A DNA stretch of 64,000 nucleotides from Cognatishimia sp. (GCF_049116455.1 NZ_JAGDYW010000006.1:11321-75320), one strand, 5' to 3'; positions 9,582-18,365 are shown, counted from the stretch's first letter. The notes: generated by a model from the sequence alone, not told the origin. A program made the numbers and translations.

Positions 9582-10877
9582 TCAGATGTTATCGCTCGTG
9601 GCTTTGCCTTCTGACAATGGAACCATGATCAGCACGCGTGTTCCATTAGGCTTCTTAAGACGTTCAAAGTGGACCGTCGCTGAGATCAGATCAGCACGAG
9701 TTTTGATATTGCTGATACCACTTTGAGAATCCAAATCGGCCACTTCAATACCGGTGCCATCGTCATCAATAGTAACGTTCATGATATCACCTTCTCTGGT
9801 GATACGCACATGGATACTGCTGCATTCGGCATGTTTCAAAGCATTGTTCACAGCCTCTTGCACGATGCGGTACATCGCGGTGCGAACAGTGTCTTGAAGC
9901 GCGTCCATTTGACCGTCAGACGCATCATCAACCTGCATGGACATAGGGCGACGCATATTCTTCAAGCAACGCTGTAAATGTGCATCTACAGCTTCGCTAA
10001 AGCCAAACAAAGCCAAGACACCCGGTTTCATATCTTCGACAATACCCCGCACCTCATCCAAACAATGATCCAGCTCATCTTGCAGCGAAGCCAGTTCAGT
10101 CATTGCCGCCGCCGACCCCCCTTCGATCCGAGACATACGTCGCCGGATCCGCGCAAGGTCTGCCAAGGTCTGATCGTGCAAATCCATACCAAGCCGTTGG
10201 CGCTCGCGCTCCATACCTTCGGTCAGCCGCAGCGCGCCAATTCTCAGCGTACGTTCACGCCCGGTCGCTTCTAGTTCAGCTATCGCAGAATCCTTGGCCT
10301 CTTTGCCCCGTTCCAGTGCAAACAGATAAGCCGACACCAAATCAGCGGCCCCCTGTGCCAAGACAACCAACTCTTCATTGTAAAAATCTATTTTGTGGCT
10401 TGAAATAGCCAATGAACCAATTAGCTCACCCTGCACTCTCAGTGGCACAACAATGCGGCTATGCAAATCGGCTTCAAAGATCGGTTGACTGTCTGCACCG
10501 TCGAAATGAAACCGCGGATCAGTCCAAGCGTCATTGGTCAAAAGATAAGGAACGTCCCCCCGCAATACGGCGCGGATCGGGCTTTCCTCTGTCGGTTTAG
10601 TTGGGTTCTGCGTGTGGCTCCAGGATGTATGCATCCTTGCCTCGTAACAAATTTGCGTCCCAGAAGGATGCAGCAATACGATATCCAGATGGTCATGCGC
10701 GATCAGCGCCCGTAACCGATTTGCAAAGTTCTCAAGTACAAGCTCATAGTCAGTCGGACCGGCAATTGCTTGTGCAATAGACAGATAACAATCCAGAGCT
10801 TCCGCAGCATTTGGCATTAAGGCTGACACCCTCCCCTCGGGTGCCAATAGTTGATCATACTCTGACTTTTGTTTCAA
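9582..10877 (-). CDS. Cytoplasmic GAF-domain sensor histidine kinase (HisKA_3 + HATPase_c)
   Basis: A 431-aa protein with no TM segment or signal peptide. It has a GAF-like N-terminal half, an H-box LGMDLHDQTLADL, an N-box QEAVNNALKHA and a G-box DDDGTGI. It lies 20 nt upstream of the response-regulator gene. Confidence 0.85.
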   Translation of the reverse strand: MKQKSEYDQLLAPEGRVSALMPNAAEALDCYLSIAQAIAGPTDYELVLENFANRLRALIAHDHLDIVLLHPSGTQICYEARMHTSWSHTQNPTKPTEESPIRAVLRGDVPYLLTNDAWTDPRFHFDGADSQPIFEADLHSRIVVPLRVQGELIGSLAISSHKIDFYNEELVVLAQGAADLVSAYLFALERGKEAKDSAIAELEATGRERTLRIGALRLTEGMERERQRLGMDLHDQTLADLARIRRRMSRIEGGSAAAMTELASLQDELDHCLDEVRGIVEDMKPGVLALFGFSEAVDAHLQRCLKNMRRPMSMQVDDASDGQMDALQDTVRTAMYRIVQEAVNNALKHAECSSIHVRITREGDIMNVTIDDDGTGIEVADLDSQSGISNIKTRADLISATVHFERLKKPNGTRVLIMVPLSEGKATSDNI

Positions 10878-10912
10878 CTTAGCCTCTTTCCTTCCGTGCG
10901 GAATTCAAAGCT

Positions 10913-11830
10913 TTAGGCGGGTTCGACCGCGCGCTGAGGAATTTTTGCAATAGGTTGGAGCCCCGCAATGATGGCTTTAGAACCATCAAAGGTCAGAGGT
11001 CTTGACCCACGTGACATCAGCGCCAAATGGTAAAGTCGCGCGTTTTCGCGATCCCCAATGATGACCACCTTCTTATTGTCCCAGTATTTGCGTGTTGCAG
11101 CCAATTCGGCGCCGATCAGCAAACCCGACAAATTCGATTTCAAAATCTCGCTGGACTTACCGCTCAGCAAAGCCTGAGGCCGAAGGCTGAATAGCTTGCC
11201 TGTAAGTCCAACAGGGTCGAGCATCGCAGTCTCAACAGCCTTCAGATAAGCGGTATCATCCCAACTTTTGCTTTGCGTACAAAACTGCAGGACCGAATGA
11301 TTGGACAACAGCCCAAACATCTCACCTGTCATGAAGGTTGTGAACTCTTGGATTTCTCCGTTCTCAACCCGGACCCATTTTGAATGCGTACCAGGCAGGC
11401 AGAACACACCACTGAATTGTGGGTCTTGAGCAAGGTAGCCTGCAATCTGTGTTTCTTCACCACGCATGACATCTTCGGGCACACGCTGACACAAACCTGG
11501 AACTATCTGAACTGAAATACGCGGGTCCTTTGTGGGGACTGCCACTGCAGTTTCCGCGTCCACAGGCATACAAGGTATTTCAGAATAAGGCGCTTCCATC
11601 CAACCCTGTTGGGCACCCACCATTCCGCAAGCAATGACAGGTGTTACACGATCCGCCGAGATCCACGGCTCGATGATATCAAGCAAGACAGGCTCAAACT
11701 CTTCAGGCGCCAGAGACGACATTCCTTTATCGCTGTGAACGCGTTCTAGAACTTTGCCGTTTTCATCGATCGCGTATGCGCTCAGATTGGTTGTTCCCCA
11801 GTCCAAAGCGATCCACTGGATTGTCATCAT
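10913..11830 (-). CDS. dgoK: 2-dehydro-3-deoxygalactonokinase
   Basis: A 305-aa protein. The N-terminus WIALDWGTTNLSAYAID and the motifs CGMVGAQQGW, RGEETQ and PGTHSKW are characteristic of DgoK. Confidence 0.85.
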   Translation of the reverse strand: MMTIQWIALDWGTTNLSAYAIDENGKVLERVHSDKGMSSLAPEEFEPVLLDIIEPWISADRVTPVIACGMVGAQQGWMEAPYSEIPCMPVDAETAVAVPTKDPRISVQIVPGLCQRVPEDVMRGEETQIAGYLAQDPQFSGVFCLPGTHSKWVRVENGEIQEFTTFMTGEMFGLLSNHSVLQFCTQSKSWDDTAYLKAVETAMLDPVGLTGKLFSLRPQALLSGKSSEILKSNLSGLLIGAELAATRKYWDNKKVVIIGDRENARLYHLALMSRGSRPLTFDGSKAIIAGLQPIAKIPQRAVEPA

Positions 11831-12037
11831 TTTATTCTCCGCTCGCAGTAGCCTGTGGTGTTTTAAGCATCAGGAATTTGGAGTCATGTTGTCCATCGAG
11901 TAATCCGATTTCCAAACTGGCAACCGCGCAAAGATTCTGCGGGTTCCCGCAATTGAGCAATGGTCTTTGAATTTCAGTTAGTTAGTTCCGTGCTAAGTAC
12001 GGTTAAAATTTTTTGTTAAAGATCAGAGGCCTATACA

Positions 12038-12053
12038 GTTCACAGCTGTGAAC
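12038..12053. other. parS centromere-like site 1 (repABC consensus GTTNNCNGCNGNNAAC)
   Basis: GTTCACAGCTGTGAAC is a perfect 16-bp palindrome, or 18 bp with the flanking A/T. It matches the published repABC parS consensus at every fixed position and lies 47 bp downstream of repC. Confidence 0.75.
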
Positions 12054-12083
12054 TCTTGGCAATGACAGATCCCTCGGCGAAAA

Positions 12084-12099
12084 GTTCACAGTTGTGAAC
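12084..12099. other. parS centromere-like site 2 (one mismatch)
   Basis: GTTCACAGTTGTGAAC differs from site 1 by one base (C->T at the centre). It abuts the repC stop codon. Confidence 0.65.
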
Positions 12100-13308
12100 T
12101 CATGCCGCTCGGCGCTGAGATCCAGTGAGCATCAATGCACATGAAAACCGACCTTCAATGGCGCGATTGGTTAAGGTTCTGAGGTAGGCACCTGGAGATC
12201 GATAGTTGCTAAAATTCTGTAGCATCACTGCCAAAACAATAGCAGATTCAGCCCCGCCGATATGTTGCTTTGCAAGCTGCCAGACCTCAGATGAAATACC
12301 CATCATGGGCCTCACGGTCTCAGCGGTTATCTCGAGATCGCTCCATGATTGAATGGGTCGCTCCGAGAATTGCTGCATTTCACTGCAAGCTTCTTCCACT
12401 TCGTCAAATGAGACGTCCAGGTGGTTTGGTTGATCTTTATTCTTAGAAGATTCTGAGTTTGTGCTCCGTGGATTCCGTTGAGGATTGTCGCAAGCCTCAA
12501 TTGAAACCTGAGCCATAGATTCAGAATCTTTTAAAATAGATGTATATTGGTGCTGCTCATTTGAAGCGTCACTGGTGCTCATTTCTTGTGTTTCAACGAG
12601 CTCTTTTAATCCTGCGTTTGCTTGTTCCAATGCAGACGCGAGGCTTGTTTTTAGATCACGCAAATCGGCTTCACACAGCTTTCGGCGCAGCGTTCTGGCT
12701 GATAGGATTGCAAGGTCGTTCAAGGCGTCCCACAGGCCTACGTCCGGCTGCTGATCAGCGCCTAGCTCTGCCATTCCTATGAGATCACGGCGCATCAGGC
12801 TGACCTCTTCGCGCATGTCTTTCAACCGGGCTTGTTGCTCTCGGATTGAAGTCGCAGCCTCGCAAATTTCGACAAAGCGATTGATCAATGGAGACAGATC
12901 AAATCCAAAAGCCATACGCAGATCACCACGAGTCCGTACGTATCGTTTTCCATTTGGACTGTCCCGCCGTGTTAGAAAACCGGCGGTAACAAGTTTTCCC
13001 AAATGCCGCCGCATCGTCGAGCACGGCATGCCATTCAACCGTTCGCAAATCTTCTTGTTTGAAGGAAAGACAATCAATTGGTCTGCGCGGATATCAAGAG
13101 CGCTGCCTTTATGAAAACTTAACAACGCTTGCAGCACGGTGATGTCCCGGTCTGAAAGGCCATAGGCACTGCGGGCAGTGCCCAGTTCTTTTAAGACATC
13201 CCATTTGCTGATTGACGGGTTGAGGAGTGATTGGGGTGCATCCCTTTGTGGCGCCAAATCGGCAGCAGAAAGGGATCGCCGAAACGATGTTACTGGTGTG
13301 TAAGTCAT
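12100..13308 (-). CDS. repC: Replication initiator RepC
   Basis: A 402-aa protein with RepC-family sequence (KWDVLKELGTARSAYGLSDRDITVLQALLSF, FPSNKKICERLNGMPCSTMRRHLGKLV, SPNGKRY). It is the third gene of the repABC order. Confidence 0.92.
   Translation of the reverse strand: MTYTPVTSFRRSLSAADLAPQRDAPQSLLNPSISKWDVLKELGTARSAYGLSDRDITVLQALLSFHKGSALDIRADQLIVFPSNKKICERLNGMPCSTMRRHLGKLVTAGFLTRRDSPNGKRYVRTRGDLRMAFGFDLSPLINRFVEICEAATSIREQQARLKDMREEVSLMRRDLIGMAELGADQQPDVGLWDALNDLAILSARTLRRKLCEADLRDLKTSLASALEQANAGLKELVETQEMSTSDASNEQHQYTSILKDSESMAQVSIEACDNPQRNPRSTNSESSKNKDQPNHLDVSFDEVEEACSEMQQFSERPIQSWSDLEITAETVRPMMGISSEVWQLAKQHIGGAESAIVLAVMLQNFSNYRSPGAYLRTLTNRAIEGRFSCALMLTGSQRRAA
12420..12620. other. 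AT-rich tract inside repC; candidate oriV
   Basis: Hand counts give about 37-43% GC in three consecutive 60-nt lines, against 45-58% in other repC lines I counted. It contains the palindrome AGATTCAGAATCT (12517-12529). In studied repABC plasmids the origin maps to an AT-rich stretch within repC. Confidence 0.3.
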
Positions 13309-13389
13309 AAAATGTCACGAAGACAAAGAAATCCCGTTCCGCGAATCACTTAGGACTTGCGGTTATCATGGCGAAGATCTAGCTTGATA

Positions 13390-13445
13390 TTGCTACATAC
13401 AAGTTAGGGTCTCGTGGAGTGTATCTTTGCGGGACCTTTTCTTTG
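13390..13445 (+). ncRNA. Candidate repABC antisense counter-transcribed RNA (ctRNA/incA)
   Basis: It lies in the 174-nt repB-repC spacer, on the strand opposite to repABC. There is a possible promoter: TTGCGG (13357-13362), 17 nt, then TAGCTT (13380-13385). The stem GGUCUCG (13408-13414) pairs with CGGGACC (13430-13436), including one G-U pair, and is followed by UUUUCUUU. The predicted length of about 55 nt matches known ctRNAs. Confidence 0.4.
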
Positions 13446-13482
13446 GCTTAGTCGTGTCTCCTGTTTTGTTTACTGCTCATGC

Positions 13483-14493
13483 TCAATCTTCGTTGCGCCT
13501 TATCCAGCGCGCGTGAAGTTCTTCAACAAGGTCTTGCGCCTCGCTTTCGACCCAGTCTGAGAAAGGGCCGTCGTTCAGTGTTAGGGCAAGCCCTGCTTTT
13601 GTCCGTTTCAGCGTTCCGCCTCGCTTGCCGCCGATGTTCAAGGATTTTGTTTTTCCTGTTTTCGGCAGGGCAGGGGCAGTCGTTGCTTTCACGCCAGCTT
13701 CGAGATAGGCCTCAACGGCTGCAAAGGCGGCGACAGATGTTTCGTTGGGATCTGCCATAGTGGCAGACTTGGCAAGCTGAACTTCTGCGGCAACGTGTAC
13801 GTCGTCGGCAAGGCTAACGAGTTTGTCATTGTCCACGGGGTTCCCGCGCATGTTTTTGGCCAGGGCCTCCCAGCGGGGACGCCCAATGCCATGTGCAGCA
13901 CCGATTGCGCGCACTAGGGGTGTGCCTACGGAATCGATAACCGAAAGCGCCATGGAAATGGCTGATTTGGGTACGGTCAACACTTCAGCAACCGTTGTTT
14001 GATTGCCAAATCCGGAATTGACCAGTTCCTGCGCAAACAGAGCTTTCTCGATGAAAGACAGGTCTCGCCGCGCCATGTTTTCTGAAATTTGGGCGCGTAC
14101 AGCCGACTGATCATCCATCGATGCGACAAGGGCACGAACCGTGTCAACCTTGTCGGATTGTTTGATCGCTTCTAAACGGCGGCGGCCGTAAACCAGAAGA
14201 TATTTTTCCGCTTCCGAAGGGTGTCGGCGCACCAAGATCGGGACGGTCTGACCGTTCGTTTCAATCGCGTCCCGAAGGTCCAAAACGTCAGCTGGGTCCA
14301 GCCGGTCTGCCGGGCGATCATCGATGACATCAGCCGGATCAAGTTCCCAAACCTTATGAGCGTCGACTGCGTCGCGTGCAGAGCGTAGCGCGCGGTTTGA
14401 GGACATCATGGGTGTCGTCGGTACGGGCGAGGCGCCGCCCGCTGCAGAAATGCTATCGAGCATCGAAAGACGCTTCTTTTTACTATTGCTCAT
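13483..14493 (-). CDS. repB: Partition protein RepB (ParB family)
   Basis: A 336-aa protein with a ParB-box-like region (GQTVPILVRRHP...YLLVYGRRRLEA). It overlaps repA by 11 nt. Confidence 0.9.
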   Translation of the reverse strand: MSNSKKKRLSMLDSISAAGGASPVPTTPMMSSNRALRSARDAVDAHKVWELDPADVIDDRPADRLDPADVLDLRDAIETNGQTVPILVRRHPSEAEKYLLVYGRRRLEAIKQSDKVDTVRALVASMDDQSAVRAQISENMARRDLSFIEKALFAQELVNSGFGNQTTVAEVLTVPKSAISMALSVIDSVGTPLVRAIGAAHGIGRPRWEALAKNMRGNPVDNDKLVSLADDVHVAAEVQLAKSATMADPNETSVAAFAAVEAYLEAGVKATTAPALPKTGKTKSLNIGGKRGGTLKRTKAGLALTLNDGPFSDWVESEAQDLVEELHARWIRRNED

Positions 14494-15676
14494 GACGCCC
14501 CCATGTCTTTTGGATCAGTTGTGCGATTTCGTCATTTACCGCATTCAGGCTTTCAATCGCACGGTCATAGGTGGATCGGGTGAAGGCGCTGCGTTCAACT
14601 TCGTAAAGCGTTTGTTTGGTCAGGCCAGCGTCGGAAATTGCGGTGGATTTCAACATGGTCGAGTTGAGAACAGAATCGGTGTACATTGTTCGTAAGAAAG
14701 CCAAGATACGGTTTTGTGGGGCGTCTTGCGGCTCGTAGCGCGTTATCAAATAGCGCATCCAATCGTGCGACATGTCCGCGCCGCTTTCTGCAATCACGTC
14801 CATCAGATCAGCCGTCATGCGTAGGAACTGGCTCATGGACATTACGTCGAGCATTTCCGGGTGAATGGTGACCAGAACGCCTGTGGCCGCCGAAAGGGCG
14901 GACATCGTCAAGAAGCCTAGTTGAGGTGGGCAGTCGATCACAACCACATCGTAATTTTCATCAACCTGCGCCAAAGCTTCTTTGACGCGGAAAAAGAACA
15001 GACCCGCATTGCCCTGTGCCAGAGCGCGGGGTGTATCGTGTTCGAACTCCATGAGTTCAAGATTTCCCGGGATCAGGTCGAGATTTGGGAAATAGGTCGG
15101 GCGGATGATGGAGGAAATTGGTTCAGGATCATCATAGCGGATGGCGTCATAGAGGGTGCCACCGTCTTGCAGGTCAAATTCTGGCTGTACGCCATGCAAA
15201 GCGGTCAACGACGCCTGCGGATCAAGGTCAATTGCCAAGACGCGGTAGCCTGTAAGAGCCAAACGTTGGGCCAAATGGGCTGCCGTGGTGGTCTTACCAG
15301 ATCCGCCTTTGAAATTCATGACACCGATAATCTGCATGTGATCGCCTTCACGGCGTCCAGGTAGATAATCACCAGGCTTGCGGGCTGTTTTTTCCAACAA
15401 TACCCGCAATTCTTGGATGTTTTGGGCAGAATAGAGCCTACGATTGCCGGGTGTCAGTTCAGGGGAGGGGCCTTTGCCATCCAAATGCAGCTTACGTAGA
15501 TAGGAATCGTTCACTCCTAAAAGAGCCGCAGCCTCGCCAGAGGTAAACTTGCGGATTGCCTTTTGCGCATTGGGCGGAAAGAGGTTCTCGCGCTGCGTAT
15601 GCAATTGGTTCGCCAGCCACTCAGAGTGCTGGCGGATCACCGCATTCAGGTCTTCGATCGCAATATCTTTGCTCAT
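14483..15676 (-). CDS. repA: Partition ATPase RepA (ParA family)
   Basis: A 397-aa protein with an N-terminal HTH-like region and the deviant Walker A motif NFKGGSGKTTTAAHLA. It is the first gene of repABC. Confidence 0.92.
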   Translation of the reverse strand: MSKDIAIEDLNAVIRQHSEWLANQLHTQRENLFPPNAQKAIRKFTSGEAAALLGVNDSYLRKLHLDGKGPSPELTPGNRRLYSAQNIQELRVLLEKTARKPGDYLPGRREGDHMQIIGVMNFKGGSGKTTTAAHLAQRLALTGYRVLAIDLDPQASLTALHGVQPEFDLQDGGTLYDAIRYDDPEPISSIIRPTYFPNLDLIPGNLELMEFEHDTPRALAQGNAGLFFFRVKEALAQVDENYDVVVIDCPPQLGFLTMSALSAATGVLVTIHPEMLDVMSMSQFLRMTADLMDVIAESGADMSHDWMRYLITRYEPQDAPQNRILAFLRTMYTDSVLNSTMLKSTAISDAGLTKQTLYEVERSAFTRSTYDRAIESLNAVNDEIAQLIQKTWGRHEQ

Positions 15677-15695
15677 TTGCTGCTCATCCCCGTGA

Positions 15696-15705
15696 CGTGA
15701 TCACG
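15696..15705. promoter_or_regulatory. Palindrome in the repA leader (possible RepA/RepB operator)
   Basis: CGTGATCACG is a perfect 10-bp palindrome 20-29 nt upstream of the repA ATG. It is embedded in CCGTGACGTGATCACGG, and another CGTGAC copy occurs at 15732-15737. Confidence 0.3.
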
Positions 15706-15828
15706 GTATTTGGCGTTTTTGCCTTACTTTTCGTGACTATTGTCTGAAAAGGGAGAGTCGCGCAAGATTTTTCTACAATTTGGGGATGTCAGGGCAGGGC
15801 ACGCAACCGATCTGCAAGCCCTAAAAGG

Positions 15829-16209
15829 CTATGATAGACCCTCAACAATGAAATTTGCGGTCGCTGCTGAGGAAGCCATGGGCAGATCGTAGACGATGGC
15901 CAACCGTGTAAGGGCCTTGACGTCCACATCGTGTGGCATGGGCGAAAGAGGGTCTATAAAGAAGATGAGTGCATCCAATTTGCCTTCACATATCATAGCA
16001 CCGATTTGTTGATCACCGCCCAACGGGCCGCTTTTGAACCGATGCACTGAAAAGTTGGGGTTGCTGTCCTGCAGCTTTCCGCCAGTGGTGCCGGTTGCGA
16101 AGATCTCGACGTTTTCTAAAAAATCTGCATGTGTTTTGGCCCATTCAACAAGAGCGGGTTTGCAGGCATCGTGCGCCACCAATGCGATTTTCAGTTTTTC
16201 TGCTGTCAT
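15829..16209 (-). CDS. mgsA: Methylglyoxal synthase
   Basis: A 126-aa protein carrying [28 protein letters not shown] and [15 protein letters not shown], which match the MgsA catalytic motifs. Confidence 0.9.
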   Translation of the reverse strand: MTAEKLKIALVAHDACKPALVEWAKTHADFLENVEIFATGTTGGKLQDSNPNFSVHRFKSGPLGGDQQIGAMICEGKLDALIFFIDPLSPMPHDVDVKALTRLAIVYDLPMASSAATANFIVEGLS

Positions 16210-16250
16210 GTTCCGGGCCTCTTAGCGTTTATCTATGATTGACTGCGAAG

Positions 16251-16925
16251 CTAGGGCAAGGTCGTCCAAATGCCTAGAGCGCGCATTTGTTGGGACATTT
16301 GTTCATATGACCCGCTGACGTGTTTTTGGATGACTGATTTGGCGCTTTCGGCGTCATTTGTGCGGAAGGTCTTAATCAGCGCGTCGTGTTCTTCCAGAAT
16401 GGTCGCAACCCGCGTCGGGCTGATCCGAAGGCGCGTGGCATGCACAGTCAATGCCGTCCTCAAGCGTTTCCATGTATTGGCGGCGGCGTCATTATAGTGG
16501 TGATCTGCGATTATTTTGTGAAAGTCCGAGTCAAGCTGGCGGAAATGAAAGAGGTCGTTCGGGTCCAGGTTCTTCATATTGACTTGGATGGCTTCTAATT
16601 CATCGACCACTTCAGGTAGGGCATATTCTGCGAACCATTCGACAAAATAGGGTTCCAACAATTGCAAAACTTCGAAGATGTTTTGGATTGTACTGGCGTT
16701 GGCCGAAACGATGACAGCACCTTTGTTGGGGTGGATTTCAACAAAACCTTCACCCTGCATTCGCCTTAGCACTTCACGTACCGGACTGGCGCTTTGGCCA
16801 TATTGTTTAGCGAGAGCAGAAACCTTTAGTCGATCACCGCCAGACAATTTGCCACGAAAAATATCTTCCAGAATGGTCAAATAGAGAGATTGTTCTTGAT
16901 CTTGAAGCGGGGAGTGCTCGGCCAT
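16251..16925 (-). CDS. GntR-family transcriptional regulator (FadR/FCD subfamily)
   Basis: A 224-aa protein with an N-terminal wHTH (LKVSALAKQYGQSASPVREVLRRMQGEGFVE) and a helical FCD-like C-terminal domain. It is divergent from the dehydratase gene. Confidence 0.85.
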   Translation of the reverse strand: MAEHSPLQDQEQSLYLTILEDIFRGKLSGGDRLKVSALAKQYGQSASPVREVLRRMQGEGFVEIHPNKGAVIVSANASTIQNIFEVLQLLEPYFVEWFAEYALPEVVDELEAIQVNMKNLDPNDLFHFRQLDSDFHKIIADHHYNDAAANTWKRLRTALTVHATRLRISPTRVATILEEHDALIKTFRTNDAESAKSVIQKHVSGSYEQMSQQMRALGIWTTLP

Positions 16926-17126
16926 GGGAGCTCCTGAATTGGCGGACAGAAGGGCTGTATCTCACCATACTAATACTATTTCAAGGAATTCATAGCATTA
17001 TTGACGGCAATTTTGTTATTCAGAACAAATGCTTGCAAAAAATATATCACTATACACATTAAATAGTCGACGATTTGAGCAAGATAATACTATGATGATT
17101 TCAGACACGACGATTCGGAGTTCTCG

Positions 17127-18365
17127 ATGCCAGACCAAACACAGATGGCGACCCTGCAATCAGCAGGTGCTGACATGCCCGCAGCTCGGCGCAAGCCCAA
17201 CGCGGCAACGCAGGCACGCATTGCTGATATTTCGACTTTGATTGCCCGTGTGGGACGCCGAAACCAGTTACTGGTTAAAATCACCACGGAAGATGGGTTG
17301 ATCGGATGGGGCGAAAGTGGCCTGTCTGGACGTGAGTTGTCAGTGGCAGCCACAGTTGAGCATTATGCTGGCTTTCTAAAGGGGCAGGATTCACGAAACA
17401 TTGGGCGCATCTGGCAAGAGAGTTATCGTAGCCAGTATTTTGAAGGCGGTCGCGTATTAACAGCGGCGATCTCGGCCATCGATATTGCGCTCTATGATTT
17501 GCTTGGCAAACGCCTTGGTGTGCCGGTCTACCAACTCTTGGGCGGCAAACAGCGCGATGTGATCCCAACCTTTGGCACCACAATGGGCACCACCAAAGCA
17601 CAGCAGTTGAAAGACGTCGCCTTGCTCGTCGAGCAGGGATGGACGTGTATCCGCACCTATCCTGGCAGTTTTGATGAAGGCGAAGTTTTTGATCCGCGCG
17701 CGACCCTTAGCGAAACCGCCCAGGAGCTGATGGCGATCCGTGCGGAATTTGGCAACAAAATTACTCTAGGTGTCGATATGCATCACCGGTATTCGGTGGC
17801 AGAGGCAGCAGATTTCTGTGCCATGATGCCTAAGGGCACATTGAACTTCATCGAAGAACCTATTCGCTCTGAAACGCCGGAAGCCTATGCTGCGTTGCGC
17901 AAGTTGACGGATGTGCCTTTCGCAGTTGGCGAAGAGTTTGCTTCAAAATGGGAAGCAGCCCGTTTCTTGGATGCAGGTATGACGCAGTATATGCGCCTCG
18001 ATGTCAGCAATATCGGCGGCTTTACCGAGGCGATGAAGGTCGCGGGTATGAGCGAACGCCATTATGTCGACGTCATGCCACACAATCCGCTTGGTCCGAT
18101 CTGTACTGCAGCGAGCGTGCATATGTCGGCAGCAATTCCGAACTTTAGCTGGTTGGAGACGCGGCAAACGGCCGTGGAAAAATTGGGTTATCACGACGCG
18201 TCGTTGTTCCCAAAGCAAATTGAAATGCAGGGCCCCGTCTATCTGTTGCCTGATGAACCCGGATTGGGGATTGAGGTCAATGAAGACGCGCTCCGGGAGC
18301 AAAAGCCGGAACTCGTAGAGGCCCCACATTTGAAGCGACCCGACGGGTCCGTCACCAACTGGTGA
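17127..18365 (+). CDS. Enolase-superfamily acid-sugar dehydratase, D-mannonate/D-galactonate dehydratase (ManD/RspA-like) family
   Basis: A 412-aa protein carrying VKITTEDGLIGWGESGLSGRELSV, AISAIDIALYDLLGKRLGVPVYQLLGG, VDMHHR, FIEEP and GEEF. GGAG lies 6 nt before the ATG. About 25 N-terminal residues precede the conserved core, so the start is uncertain. Confidence 0.8.
   Translation: MPDQTQMATLQSAGADMPAARRKPNAATQARIADISTLIARVGRRNQLLVKITTEDGLIGWGESGLSGRELSVAATVEHYAGFLKGQDSRNIGRIWQESYRSQYFEGGRVLTAAISAIDIALYDLLGKRLGVPVYQLLGGKQRDVIPTFGTTMGTTKAQQLKDVALLVEQGWTCIRTYPGSFDEGEVFDPRATLSETAQELMAIRAEFGNKITLGVDMHHRYSVAEAADFCAMMPKGTLNFIEEPIRSETPEAYAALRKLTDVPFAVGEEFASKWEAARFLDAGMTQYMRLDVSNIGGFTEAMKVAGMSERHYVDVMPHNPLGPICTAASVHMSAAIPNFSWLETRQTAVEKLGYHDASLFPKQIEMQGPVYLLPDEPGLGIEVNEDALREQKPELVEAPHLKRPDGSVTNW

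Noticed and set aside
16971-17093. A direct repeat of TAATACTAT (16971-16979 and 17085-17093) in the GntR/dehydratase divergent promoter region.
   Set aside because: A 9-bp AT-rich match in an AT-rich spacer could arise by chance. It does not fit the GntR GT..AC pattern convincingly.
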